Shown piece by piece: positions 27,035 to 36,499 of a stretch of 64,000 nucleotides of DNA. The number at the start of each line of letters is the position of its first letter. Position 1 is the stretch's first letter. The notes under the pieces were generated by a model that worked only from the letters and a program-made list of their open reading frames with translations, searched no databases and had not been told where the DNA came from. The position numbers were made by a program, and so were the translations under genes. Origin of the DNA: Dehalococcoidia bacterium (GTDB taxonomy: Bacteria; Chloroflexota; Dehalococcoidia; Lucifugimonadales; UBA1123); the NCBI GenBank assembly GCA_034420955.1, contig DAOUKV010000016.1:10119-74118 (forward strand), given 5' to 3'.

Positions 27035-29032
27035 CTACTCTCGCATGGGCAGGTCCGGCGTGAGGTTCCAGCGCCACTCGATGTCGTTGCGGACGACGCG
27101 GAACGGTTCTTCGCCTCGCAGGCGCGACAGCGCGTACTCGACGGTATCGAGCGCGCATACGTTGCAGTAGCCGTAATGATTGGTGAGCCGCAGCCGGATG
27201 GACTCGCGGCGGCGTGTCCACTCGGCGCGCCTGCCGGTGGATCGAGGCTCTGAGAGCTCATCGCGCAGTCGCCTGTCGTCGGGCAGCAAGCGGCGTTCGA
27301 TCGCGGCGCGCATCCTCTGTTCGGTGGCGTAGCCGTAGCGGACGCCACGCAGTCTGAGGTCTTCGAAGAAGTTGTGAACCTCGTACCGGAACGCGTTCTT
27401 TTGGCGTTCCGAGATCCCGGCGGCGCTCTCCATCTCGCGCATGTTGCGCTCGCTGCCGCGCGGGACGCGCGCGCCCGGCCCCATCTTGACCGTGGAAGCG
27501 ACCTCGCGCAGGTAGTCGTCCAGCACGTTGGACGCGGTCTCCTCGAAGCGCTCGTCGAACGCCCTCTTGACGTCTTGGATGGCGCGCTGGCTGTAATCAT
27601 CGACCGCTTCGCGCACGAACTCGATGTATCGCGCCGAGTCTTCGTCGGACATGCTCACGTTCTCGTTGCGGCCCTGCCAGATGCTGTCGAGGGCGTTGAG
27701 CGGGCTTATGCAGGTGATTCCGGGCATGATGGCGCGCGCGCTGAGACGGTTCATCACGGACCTGGGCGAGATGCCGTTCAGCCCCTCCTCGGGCAGGGCG
27801 CGCTTCTCGTTTATCACGTCCTGCCGGGAGAAGTTCGGGACTTCCTGGCCGTCGTAGGCGCGCAGCTTGTCTATGAGCGACACGCCCTGCCTGGTCGGCG
27901 GATCTAGGCGAGACATCACTGCGAAGGCGCTTATGGCGGGCAGCGTAAGCGGCGGGACGTGCACCCGATCCAGGCCGCTGGACGCGAGCAGCTTGCGGTA
28001 TATCTTGACTTCGTCGCGGACTCGCAGGTTGTACGGCACGTAGATCCGCATGATGCGGTCGCGCAGGGCTTCGGAGTACGGGTCTTCCATGAACGCCTTG
28101 AAGTCGCCCTCGTTCGTGTGGCCTACTACGACTTCATCGGCATAGACGGAGCCGAACCTCTCCATCTTGATCAGTTGCTCCTGCGCCAAGCCCAGCAGCG
28201 TGGTGAGCATATGGGGGTCGGCCTTGAAGATTTCGACGAACTCCATAAGGCCGCGGTTGGCGACGTTCAACTCGCCATCGAGCCGGAACGCCTTACCGGC
28301 GACTTCGAGCCTGTCGCCTTCGAGCTGCGCGGTATCTACGCTGCCGACGAGCAGCGACGCGTCGGAGGCGGCGGAGGTGGCGACGTAGTAGCCGATGCCG
28401 ATAGCCTCCTGTTCAGAGAAGACGACGCGCGTTACCGGGACCTCGCCTATCCTGCCGCGGTACTCGGTGCGCACCATGTAGCGGCAGCGGGGGCATAGAT
28501 CGCCCTCGACGTAGATGCCGTGCTCCGCCTGGAGCTTGGGACGCAGGCTGTGGGGCGCCAGGTGGAGCGGATCCTCCTGCATGGGGCAGCCCTTGATTGC
28601 ATACACCGCGCCCTCGTCGGTGCGCGTAAACTCTTCGAGCGCCTCCTTGATCAGCGCGACGAGGGTGGATTTGCCGCTGGCGGGCGGGCCGAGCAGCAGC
28701 AGTATTCGCTTGCGTATCTCCAGCCTGCGGGACGACGAGGCGAAATATTCGACGATGCTGTCTATGGTGTCGTCCTGTCCGTACACCTTGTCGTCGAACA
28801 GCGTGTACCTGGCGCTGCCGCTCTCGTCGGACTGCGCGACGCCGCGCGCGAGTATCGCGTCATACACCAGATGGTGGGATAGGCGCGGTTTAACCAAACC
28901 GTCGCTCACCATATCGAGGTAGTCGGCGAAAGTCCCTTCCCAGTCGAACCTTCCAACCTCGCGCTCGGCGAGCCGCAGAAATTCATACGTATCCAGTCTG
29001 GCGGTATGGGGTCGATAGGAAGTAGTGATCAT
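27035..29032 (-). CDS. prkA: PrkA family serine protein kinase (AAA-type N-domain)
   Basis: 665 aa with 'LLLLGPPASGKSTLV' Walker A and PrkA-typical N- and C-domains ('EFVEIFKADPHML'). Confidence 0.85.
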   Translation of the reverse strand: MITTSYRPHTARLDTYEFLRLAEREVGRFDWEGTFADYLDMVSDGLVKPRLSHHLVYDAILARGVAQSDESGSARYTLFDDKVYGQDDTIDSIVEYFASSSRRLEIRKRILLLLGPPASGKSTLVALIKEALEEFTRTDEGAVYAIKGCPMQEDPLHLAPHSLRPKLQAEHGIYVEGDLCPRCRYMVRTEYRGRIGEVPVTRVVFSEQEAIGIGYYVATSAASDASLLVGSVDTAQLEGDRLEVAGKAFRLDGELNVANRGLMEFVEIFKADPHMLTTLLGLAQEQLIKMERFGSVYADEVVVGHTNEGDFKAFMEDPYSEALRDRIMRIYVPYNLRVRDEVKIYRKLLASSGLDRVHVPPLTLPAISAFAVMSRLDPPTRQGVSLIDKLRAYDGQEVPNFSRQDVINEKRALPEEGLNGISPRSVMNRLSARAIMPGITCISPLNALDSIWQGRNENVSMSDEDSARYIEFVREAVDDYSQRAIQDVKRAFDERFEETASNVLDDYLREVASTVKMGPGARVPRGSERNMREMESAAGISERQKNAFRYEVHNFFEDLRLRGVRYGYATEQRMRAAIERRLLPDDRRLRDELSEPRSTGRRAEWTRRRESIRLRLTNHYGYCNVCALDTVEYALSRLRGEEPFRVVRNDIEWRWNLTPDLPMRE

Positions 29033-29121
29033 GCCAAGCTCCAGTGAATCGGACTATCGCAGTTTTACACCACCGTTCAAGGGCTGGTAGGGATATGTGG
29101 ATGGGTCGAATGCGGGGTCTT

Positions 29122-29161
29122 CACCCCCATCCTAACCTTCCCCCGTCAAGGGGGAAGGGGT
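29122..29161. repeat. REP-like element (CACCCCCATCCTAA-CCTTCCCCC-GTCAA-GGGGGAAGG)
   Basis: 9-bp perfect stem at 29136-29158. A degenerate second copy of the same ~40-nt unit is at 62602-62640. Confidence 0.5.
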
Positions 29162-29176
29162 ATGTCGCCGACCGCT

Positions 29177-29734
29177 CTAGACGAGAACCGGCGTTACCAT
29201 CATCATCCCGATGGCGACTATGACTATCGAGAACAGCAGCGATACCCAACCGGACACCGACCTCAAGCCGGGGAACGGAATCGCCATGAAGAAGAAGAGG
29301 AGGCCGCCCACTACCGTCATCAGCGCGGTGGATATGAACATGGGAACCAGCGTGAGCGCCTCTCTCTGGTTGCCGATCCACAGCTGGAGGTAGAAGATCA
29401 GCACGACCATGCTGATGAAGAACAGCAGTATGCCGAAGAAGCCGATGGCGCGTTCTTCCAAGTCCCAGAAGCACTGCGCGCCCACTACGACCATGTACAC
29501 GCCCCACCCTATAATCAACGCTTTCAGGGCGACCGTTTCGTCCGCCTTGACCGGCGCAGATTTTCCGATCTCGCCGATGAACTGCGGCTCGGACACGAAC
29601 AGAGACAGTACGAGCGCCCCGGCCAAGCTTGCCATCAGCACGCCAACGGCGCGTCCATCAGCGTACAGGCCAAGCTGGTGCCAAGCATGCGTGAAGATTG
29701 CGGTTCCGATCAGAATTAGGGCTATGCCTTCCAT
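29177..29734 (-). CDS. AmiS/UreI-like small-amide/urea channel (tentative)
   Basis: 185 aa, 6 predicted TM. The N-terminus 'GIALILIGTAIFTHAWHQLGL' resembles the AmiS 'GLVLLYVGAVLFLN..WLLG'. GGAGG Shine-Dalgarno before ATG 29734. Confidence 0.5.
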   Translation of the reverse strand: MEGIALILIGTAIFTHAWHQLGLYADGRAVGVLMASLAGALVLSLFVSEPQFIGEIGKSAPVKADETVALKALIIGWGVYMVVVGAQCFWDLEERAIGFFGILLFFISMVVLIFYLQLWIGNQREALTLVPMFISTALMTVVGGLLFFFMAIPFPGLRSVSGWVSLLFSIVIVAIGMMMVTPVLV

Positions 29735-29893
29735 GTCAGCCTCCTCTAAGGGGCCGCGCACAGATATGACAGGGGGCTGCGCGCAGATATGGCAGGCTGG
29801 GACGTTCGCGCTCCGCGCCGCGAGCGGCGGCATAGAGCCGTCGCCGAGGAACGGGCTCGAATCCGGCTGATAGCGCTACGCGTCAGAGCCGCC

Positions 29894-29907
29894 GATACAA
29901 TTGTATC
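29894..29907. promoter_or_regulatory. Perfect 14-bp palindrome GATACAATTGTATC upstream of the AmiS/UreI-like gene
   Basis: Read directly. Located ~160 nt upstream of the 29734 start in an AT-richer intergenic stretch. Confidence 0.3.
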
Positions 29908-29970
29908 ACTGGGCGGACTCGCATTAGACGCTTTTCTAGCCCTGTTTATACGCAGTTTATTGTATTTAGC

Positions 29971-30339
29971 CTAATCGTCGTACTGCGTGGTCTCGCTGTC
30001 AGGGGCGGTCAGGGAGACATGCGTGAAGTCCTTGCCATCCGCCGCGCCGTGCCAGTGCTTCTCGCCGGCCGGGATGAACGCCAAGTCGCCCTCGGCGATC
30101 GCCAGCTCTTCGGACTCCGAGGCTACGATGCCCTCGCCCTTGGTGACGAACAGTATCTGGTCGGAGGTGTGGGAGTGGAATTTGTTCTTAGCGCCGTCGT
30201 AGAAGTTGACGAGGCTGAAGCTGAAGAACTCGCTCTTGTCGCCGCCGACCAGGGGCTGGCGGGATACGGGGCCGCCGTAGAACAGAGGCGCGTTGGTGGC
30301 GTCGTCTTCGGGCACCGAGTTGTGCTTGATTACTTCCAT
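29971..30339 (-). CDS. Cupin domain protein
   Basis: 122 aa. 'HSHTSDQILFVTKGEG' and 'PAGEKHWHGA' form a two-motif cupin metal site. Confidence 0.75.
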   Translation of the reverse strand: MEVIKHNSVPEDDATNAPLFYGGPVSRQPLVGGDKSEFFSFSLVNFYDGAKNKFHSHTSDQILFVTKGEGIVASESEELAIAEGDLAFIPAGEKHWHGAADGKDFTHVSLTAPDSETTQYDD

Positions 30340-30345
30340 AGAGGT

Positions 30346-30720
30346 CTATGCTCCTTTGCCGTCCCTCGCCCGCAGGCTGGCGGCTTCTTTGAGATATATC
30401 CACGTTAGTTCGTCGGGGCGCTTGTCGGTGTTGAGCAGGATGAGGACACGGATGCAGCGCGTCTGTCCGCTGGGAACGTCCATTTCGGTGTTGCAGTCCA
30501 TCGGCACTCGCGTCCAGCCGAGATCCACGCGGGCGGCGACGGCCGGGAAATCGGCGTTGAGATCGGGAGTGCAACTAAAGATCGCGGCGGCTATGTCGTC
30601 GGCGTTCACTTCGTTCGCCTCGACCAGCGCTTCCAGCATCTCGCGCGTGGCGCTGCGGATCTCCTCCGGTGTATTGGCATCCGCAGTCGTCGCGCCGCGC
30701 AACCCTCTAACTACGCTCAT
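30346..30720 (-). CDS. aroH: Chorismate mutase, AroH class
   Basis: 'VRGLRGATT' N-terminus, 'FSCTPDLNADFPA' and 'CIRVLILLN' are typical monofunctional AroH-type CM motifs. Confidence 0.85.
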   Translation of the reverse strand: MSVVRGLRGATTADANTPEEIRSATREMLEALVEANEVNADDIAAAIFSCTPDLNADFPAVAARVDLGWTRVPMDCNTEMDVPSGQTRCIRVLILLNTDKRPDELTWIYLKEAASLRARDGKGA

Positions 30721-30789
30721 CTATTGATCATCCTTTAGGCTCATCGCCGGGCATCCATAAAGGGGGCAGCCCCTGCGGCACCCGCCCCT

Positions 30790-31581
30790 TTACTGGCCTC
30801 GCAGCGCGCGGATGAAGCTCCGCGCCGCCTCGACTTCGCCGCCTTTGGGCGCGCGGTCCACCGCGTCGAACATGGCGCTGGCTACGATTGCGCCCTCGGC
30901 GTATGAGGCTATCTCTTCCAGGTGTTCATGACGGGATACGCCGAATCCGACGAGTATCGGCAGATCGGTGTACCGGCGGATGCGTTCGACCAGCGCCGAG
31001 ACGCCGCCGGACAGCGAATTCCGCGCCCCCGTTACCCCCGTGAGGCTAACACAGTATATGAACCCGCCTGCGGCTTTGCAAGCGTCCTCGATTCGGGCAT
31101 CGGAACTGGTGGGCGCAAGCAGAGGGATCAGATGCAGTCCTCGCCGCGCCGCCATCTCGCCGAACAGCGCCGCCTCCTCAGTTGGCAGGTCCGGAACAAT
31201 CAGCCCGTCCGCGCCGCGCGACGCCACGTCGTCCAGGAAGCGCTCAGGTCCGTAGCGCAGAAAGGGATTGTAGTAGCCCATGAGTATCAGCGGGGATGCG
31301 ACGCCGCTATCGCGCAGCCTTCCCACGAAGTCGAGGCAGACGCGCACGGTTACGCCGTTCTGCAACGCGCGATAGCTGGTCATCTGCACGGTCGGACCGT
31401 CGGCGAGCGGGTCGCTGAACGGGACGCCGATTTCCAGCATATCGCCGCCCGACTCGAGTATCGCCCGCGCCATCTCCTCGGACGTCGCCACGTCCGGGAA
31501 GCCGACGGTGACGAACGGCGCGAGCGCGGTCTGTCCGGACTCGCGCAGCTTTGCGAATGTAGTATCTATTCGGTTCGCCAT
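30790..31581 (-). CDS. trpA: Tryptophan synthase alpha chain
   Basis: 'LAPFVTVGFPD', 'EIGVPFSDPLADGPTVQ' and 'YCVSLTGVTG'. Confidence 0.9.
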   Translation of the reverse strand: MANRIDTTFAKLRESGQTALAPFVTVGFPDVATSEEMARAILESGGDMLEIGVPFSDPLADGPTVQMTSYRALQNGVTVRVCLDFVGRLRDSGVASPLILMGYYNPFLRYGPERFLDDVASRGADGLIVPDLPTEEAALFGEMAARRGLHLIPLLAPTSSDARIEDACKAAGGFIYCVSLTGVTGARNSLSGGVSALVERIRRYTDLPILVGFGVSRHEHLEEIASYAEGAIVASAMFDAVDRAPKGGEVEAARSFIRALRGQ

Positions 31582-32223
31582 CTAGCTCTCCAGCCAGGCT
31601 ACGTCGCCTTCCAGGTCGGCGGGGTGCGACTTGGACGCGAAGACTTTGTACTTCTCGAACTCTTCCGCCAAGTTGCCGTCGTCGCCGTGTCCGGGGAAGA
31701 AATCGTCTATCCCTTCCAGCGTGAACAGCTTGGTGGAGACGCTTTCGAGGAGCTGCGCCAGCGCCTCGGGGCTGCGGGATCTGCCCGGCCCGCCCGGGAA
31801 CAGCGTGTCGCCGGTGAACAGATGCTTGCCGATGCGGAAGCAGGTCGAGCCGTCGGTATGGCCGGGCGTGTGGATGGCGGTCAGCGTGAGAGTTCCGGCG
31901 GTGATGGCGTCGCCTTCGGCGATGCGCAATTCGGGCTCGCGGGGCAGGCCGTCCGCGTCGTCCGCGCCAATGCCGACGGGCGCGCTGATGGCGGACGTTA
32001 CCTCGTCGAACCCCTCGATATGGTCCCAGTGGTTGTGCGTGATCAGGATGACCTTCACGTCGGTCTGCTGAGCCTGCGCGATCATCGCGCCGGGTTCGGG
32101 CGGCGCGTCTATCAGGATGCTCTCGTTCGTCTGCGGACAGACCAGCAGGTACGAGTTGTTGCCGAAGTGCCCACACTCGATCTTGTGAATTATGATACTC
32201 TCGTCCTGGTAATGAGCCGCCAT
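31582..32223 (-). CDS. MBL-fold metallo-hydrolase (glyoxalase II-like)
   Basis: 'ITHNHWDHIEG' (HxHxDH), 'HTPGHTDGS', 'GDTLFPGG'. Its stop abuts the trpA start. Start at ATG 32223 (MAAHYQ). Confidence 0.8.
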   Translation of the reverse strand: MAAHYQDESIIIHKIECGHFGNNSYLLVCPQTNESILIDAPPEPGAMIAQAQQTDVKVILITHNHWDHIEGFDEVTSAISAPVGIGADDADGLPREPELRIAEGDAITAGTLTLTAIHTPGHTDGSTCFRIGKHLFTGDTLFPGGPGRSRSPEALAQLLESVSTKLFTLEGIDDFFPGHGDDGNLAEEFEKYKVFASKSHPADLEGDVAWLES

Positions 32224-32298
32224 AAGTACCTCCTGCGGTGCGCTCGTTTCAGGTTTTCGAGAGTGATTATAACAAGAGTTGGCGGCGAGGCGCTTGAG

Positions 32299-32604
32299 AT
32301 GGCACAGCATGAGACACAGGACGCGGCTCCGGGTGGGGAGCGGTTCGGGCTGAAGGTGAAGACGGACAGCGGCGGCAAGCGCGTGGAACTCGAGTGCGAG
32401 CACCAGAACGGGCTGCTGTACGTTGTGCCGGCGGAGTCGAGCTGGGTGTGCTCCGAGGAGTTGATGCACGCGCACGCGATGGCGGGCTTCTTCCGCGAAC
32501 TGGCGGAGCTGGAAGACGAGCGGGTGTATGAGCTGATGCAGCGGTGGGGGCTGTACTACCGCCCCCGGCCGCTGGCGTCCGATGGGGAGGTGGGCGGCGA
32601 CTAG
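32299..32604 (+). CDS. Hypothetical small protein
   Basis: The last 101 codons of the long 30922-32604 ORF lie in an otherwise gene-free gap. It has an ATG start and non-repetitive composition ('YVVPAESSWVCSEELMHAHAMAGFFRELAELEDE'). No family recognised. Confidence 0.4.
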   Translation: MAQHETQDAAPGGERFGLKVKTDSGGKRVELECEHQNGLLYVVPAESSWVCSEELMHAHAMAGFFRELAELEDERVYELMQRWGLYYRPRPLASDGEVGGD

Positions 32605-33491
32605 AAGACGCCCAGCGCCTCTTCGTAGTCCTCCGCCTCGCTGTCCGCGTCGTCGTCCGGCGAGGTTATGATGCGGTGTATGACGGGGCTGAACGCTTCG
32701 TCGTCGCCCGGCTCGGTATCGTCGCTAGACCAGTCCTTGATGGCGACCTTCTCGATCGGGGGGAGTTCGTTCTCTTCGTCGGCGACGTCGTAGCCTCCCA
32801 TGACCTGGCTGGGCGGGACGTAGCCGCCGTATGCCGCGCCGCTGCGCGACGGGAAGGAGACGACGTTCGTCTGAGAGGGGCTCTTGTACGTCTCGCGGAT
32901 GATGATGTCCAGCCGTCTGTCCTCGACGCCGGTTATGGTTGCCTCGTAGAGGTTGCCGCCGCGCATGAGGCGCGCGATGCGGTTGCCGACGCGCGGCTCC
33001 ACCTGTCCGATATAGGCGCCGGACTCGTCGGTTGCGGTCAGCGACCTGCCGCTCGCCTTCAGCAGCGCCACGTCTCCCGGCGTTAGTTCCAGAAGGGTTT
33101 CCGGGGGGGCGATCTTTCTGAGGGTGGTTACGCCCGCCTTGCCGCTCTCCTCGACGAACGAACGGGAGCCGCGTCCGGCGCGCCTGGTCGCGCGAGGGGC
33201 CGCCGCGTCGGCGAGCTTGGTCAGCCGGCTCAGGTTCTTCTTGGCGATGGAGTTGTTGGGCGAGCGCCGCAAGACCGTCTGGAAGGCGGCGCGCGCCTCC
33301 CTGTTGCGACCCAGCTCGCTAAGCGCCTTGCCTAGCCGGTTGTACGCTTCGAGGTCGTCGGGGAACTCCTGCACTATCGCCCTGTTGAGGGTCGCGGCCT
33401 GCTCCCACCTGTTGTTCATGGCAAAGGCGACGGCGCGCTTGGCCCGTTCTTTGCGAATCTTGTCTCTGTCTTCGTACCCGCGCATACTCAT
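32601..33491 (-). CDS. TPR repeat protein with acidic C-terminal tail
   Basis: N-terminal TPR-like repeats ('WEQAATLNRAIVQEFPDDLEAYNRLGKALSELGRNREARAAFQTVLRRSPNN'). Confidence 0.7.
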   Translation of the reverse strand: MSMRGYEDRDKIRKERAKRAVAFAMNNRWEQAATLNRAIVQEFPDDLEAYNRLGKALSELGRNREARAAFQTVLRRSPNNSIAKKNLSRLTKLADAAAPRATRRAGRGSRSFVEESGKAGVTTLRKIAPPETLLELTPGDVALLKASGRSLTATDESGAYIGQVEPRVGNRIARLMRGGNLYEATITGVEDRRLDIIIRETYKSPSQTNVVSFPSRSGAAYGGYVPPSQVMGGYDVADEENELPPIEKVAIKDWSSDDTEPGDDEAFSPVIHRIITSPDDDADSEAEDYEEALGVF

Positions 33492-33565
33492 CGCACTGCC
33501 TCTCGAATTGTGTGAAAATCTTAGCCGATATTTTCAGACTGGCGCAACAGCATGTGCCTCAAATG

Positions 33566-34318
33566 TTAGAACGTTCTAAGCCGCAGTAAAGTCAGTTTCC
33601 AAATTGCTTCGGCGATTATCCTGAACGACATCTTCGAATCGCCGCGCGTCCTCTCCATAAACGTTATAGGATGTTCGGCTACTTTCAAGCCTCTGGCCTG
33701 GCAGTAGTGGGCGATCTCCGCCTGGAATCCGAAGCCGATGCACCGCACCCGGGTCAGGTCGAGCGAGCGGAGCGCTTCCGCCCTGTACGCCTTGAAGCCG
33801 GAGGTAACGTCCTTGACATCTACGCCGGTTACGAGGCGAATCAGGAAGTTGCCGGACGCGCTGAGGGCGCGGCGCTTCGCGCTCCAGGCGGGGTCTGAGC
33901 CGCCCTGACGGGTGTAGCGCGAGCCTACTACCACGTCGAACCTCCGCAACATCGCCAGCATCTTCGGCGTCTCCTCCGGCGCGTGGGACAGATCGGCGTC
34001 CATCTGCACTATACAGTCAACCTCCTCTTCCAGCGCTCTTGCGAATCCGGTTACGTAGGCGGTGCCCAGCCCCAGCTTGCCGCTGCGCGAGATGACATCT
34101 ATCCTGCCGCCGTACTCGCCGGACAGCCGTCTGGCGACTGCCGCCGTGCCATCGGGCGACGCGTCGTCCACGATGTACAGCCGGACGTCCGCCAAGCCCA
34201 ACCCGAACAGCCGGCTCGCCAACTCCGGCATGTTGGCCGCCTCGTTGTAGGTCGGCACGATGACGGCGACACGACCAACCCGGCTGCCCATCGGCTCACT
34301 ATCCGGACTAGAACTCAT
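33566..34318 (-). CDS. GT2 polyprenol-phosphate mannosyl/glycosyltransferase (Dpm1/Ppm1-like)
   Basis: 'VIVPTYNEAANM', 'VDDASPDGT' and 'MDADLSH' motifs. ATGA overlap with the upstream GT2 gene. Confidence 0.85.
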   Translation of the reverse strand: MSSSPDSEPMGSRVGRVAVIVPTYNEAANMPELASRLFGLGLADVRLYIVDDASPDGTAAVARRLSGEYGGRIDVISRSGKLGLGTAYVTGFARALEEEVDCIVQMDADLSHAPEETPKMLAMLRRFDVVVGSRYTRQGGSDPAWSAKRRALSASGNFLIRLVTGVDVKDVTSGFKAYRAEALRSLDLTRVRCIGFGFQAEIAHYCQARGLKVAEHPITFMERTRGDSKMSFRIIAEAIWKLTLLRLRTF

Positions 34319-35073
34319 CTTGATCGCAAATCACCATACTTGCCGAAAGCGTCCCTCAGCCGAATTAGAATCGTATCCTTGAGCATGTCTAAGGTATCCG
34401 CCCCCGGGCGGACCTTGCTCACGGGCTGGTGGTACCAATCTATGGGCATCTCCTCGACCCTGAACCCAGCCTTCATCGCCAGGTACAGAATCTCGACGTC
34501 GAAGCCCATCCCTCTGGCGACCTGGAGCCTGAAGAGCGCGGTCGCCGCCTCTTCGCTAAAACACTTGAAACCGCACTGAGTATCCTCGAATCCGCCCACC
34601 GCCAGCAGCCTCACGGCCCTGTTGAACACCCGGCCCATGACGTGGCGGTATCCCGGCTCGTCGAAGCGGCGAGCCCCGGCGGCCTCGCGGGAACCGATCA
34701 CGATGTCCGCGCCGGCCTTCATGCGTTCGATGAACGCGCCGATCCAGCAAGCCGGCATGGCCAAGTCGGCATCGCACATGAAGCGATACCTGCCCCGCGC
34801 CTCCAGCATCCCGGTCCGCACCGCCCAGCCCTTGCCCGCGTGTTCGATTCGCGCGAGCCGGACGTCGTCCCGTCCGTTAGCCCACTCCTCGACCAGCGCC
34901 GCCGTATCGTCCGAGCTGCCGTCGTCCACGACGACGACCTCCCATCTGAACTCCTGGGCCGACAGATACAGATCCAACTCGTCCAGCGTCGGCACGATGC
35001 GGTTGGCCTCGTCGAACGCGGGAATGACTATCGACAGGAAGGGTTGACCAGATTCGCCCACTGCATCATACAT
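34315..35073 (-). CDS. GT2 glycosyltransferase (dolichyl/polyprenyl-phosphate glucosyltransferase-like)
   Basis: 'SIVIPAFDE', 'VVDDGSSDDT' and 'CDADLAM'. Start moved to ATG 35073. Confidence 0.8.
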   Translation of the reverse strand: MYDAVGESGQPFLSIVIPAFDEANRIVPTLDELDLYLSAQEFRWEVVVVDDGSSDDTAALVEEWANGRDDVRLARIEHAGKGWAVRTGMLEARGRYRFMCDADLAMPACWIGAFIERMKAGADIVIGSREAAGARRFDEPGYRHVMGRVFNRAVRLLAVGGFEDTQCGFKCFSEEAATALFRLQVARGMGFDVEILYLAMKAGFRVEEMPIDWYHQPVSKVRPGADTLDMLKDTILIRLRDAFGKYGDLRSR

Positions 35074-35150
35074 CCCGCTTGGCCTGTTTGAAGACAATCT
35101 AATAGGAGCGCGGCGCGGCGCAAGGCGTTTTGGGGTTTCTATAATAGCGT

Positions 35151-36395
35151 TTATACGGCGTCCAAGTCGAATGTCGTGTGCAGCGCGCGCGCCGCCTCGC
35201 CCACCCTGTCCGCCGACACCAGGCACGTGATGCGTATCTCAGACGTGGTGATCATCTCGATATTGATTCCGGCGTCCGCGAGCGCGCGGAACATGGCGCT
35301 GGCGTAGCCGGGAGCGTCCTGCATCCCGGTGCCCACTATGCTCACTTTCGCCAGCCCGAGCGAGGTCGCCAGCCTATGACTGCCGAGGTCTTGGGCGACG
35401 CGTCGAACGACGTCTTCGGCGCGCGCCAGGTCGTCTCGCTTGACAGTGAACGTGAGGTCGGTCGCTCCGCCCTCGCTCGCGTTCTGGACGATGACGTCCA
35501 CGCTGATGCCGACGTCCGCCAGCGGCTCGAACAGACTGGCGGCGATTCCGGGCCTGTCCTTCACGCCCTGCACCGTCAGCTTGGCCACGTTGTCGTCCGT
35601 CGCTATGCCGGCGACCCGGTTGCGTATTTCGCCTACGTTGCGTTGGATCATCGCGTCACCATGTATCAGAGTGCCGGCCGCGTCGGAGAAGCTGGACGCG
35701 ACGAGGATCGGAGTGTCATATACCATGCCCAGCTCTATCGAGCGGGGGTTCATCTTCGCGCCGTAGCTTGCGAGTTCCAGCATCTCCTCGAAGCTGATCT
35801 CGTCTAGCTTGCGCGCCTTCGGCACGAGTCGGGGGTCGGCGGTGTAGATGCCGTCCACGTCGGTATAGACCTCGCAGCGTTCGGCGCCCAGCCCGGCGGC
35901 GAGCGCTATGGCGGTGAGGTCGGACGCGCCCCTGCCGAGCGTCGTCGTATCCATGTCGGGCGTGATTCCCTGGAAGCCGGCGACTATTACTATCTTGCCG
36001 TCGTCCAGCTCGCTGCTGATGCGTTCGGGCGACAGGCCCGCGATCTTGGCGCTGCCGTACTGGTCGTCGGTGCGTATGCCAGCCTGCGCGCCGCTGAGGC
36101 TGACCGCCGGGCTACCGAGCGCGTTCAGCGTCATCGCCACCAGCGCGCAGGAGCGCAGCTCTCCGGTCGAGAGCAGCACGTCCATCTCGCGCCGGTCGGG
36201 ACGTTCGGCCACCTGTCCGGCGAGATCGATGAGCTCGTCGGTAGTGTCGCCCATCGCGCTGACGACGGCGACGACGCGGCTGCCGTTCCCGTTTGCGTCC
36301 GGGTCCGCCGAGCGCGCGATGCGCCGCGCCACGTTCTTGATCTTGTCCGTATCGGCCAGCGAGCTGCCGCCGTACTTCTGCACCACCAGGGACAT
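35151..36395 (-). CDS. lysC: Aspartate kinase
   Basis: 'VVQKYGGSSL', 'VVSAMGDTTD', and tandem C-terminal ACT domains. Confidence 0.9.
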   Translation of the reverse strand: MSLVVQKYGGSSLADTDKIKNVARRIARSADPDANGNGSRVVAVVSAMGDTTDELIDLAGQVAERPDRREMDVLLSTGELRSCALVAMTLNALGSPAVSLSGAQAGIRTDDQYGSAKIAGLSPERISSELDDGKIVIVAGFQGITPDMDTTTLGRGASDLTAIALAAGLGAERCEVYTDVDGIYTADPRLVPKARKLDEISFEEMLELASYGAKMNPRSIELGMVYDTPILVASSFSDAAGTLIHGDAMIQRNVGEIRNRVAGIATDDNVAKLTVQGVKDRPGIAASLFEPLADVGISVDVIVQNASEGGATDLTFTVKRDDLARAEDVVRRVAQDLGSHRLATSLGLAKVSIVGTGMQDAPGYASAMFRALADAGINIEMITTSEIRITCLVSADRVGEAARALHTTFDLDAV

Positions 36396-36499
36396 ACGCC
36401 TAACCTGCCTCCGCCCAAGCGGGGTCTTGCCGCATGGAAACAGTAAAGGTTTAGCGCGGCGAGGGCGCGGTTGTCAAATTTGGGGTGGGGGGCGCCAGA

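Noticed and set aside
30922-32604. 560-aa plus-strand ORF spanning trpA and the MBL hydrolase gene
   Set aside because: It is antisense to two strongly supported genes for most of its length. Only the last ~100 codons (32299-32604), which lie in a gene-free gap, were kept as a low-confidence hypothetical CDS.
36396-36499. Possible lysine riboswitch (L-box) leader upstream of lysC
   Set aside because: The gap is only ~100 nt, too short for an L-box. No conserved L-box helices were evident by eye.
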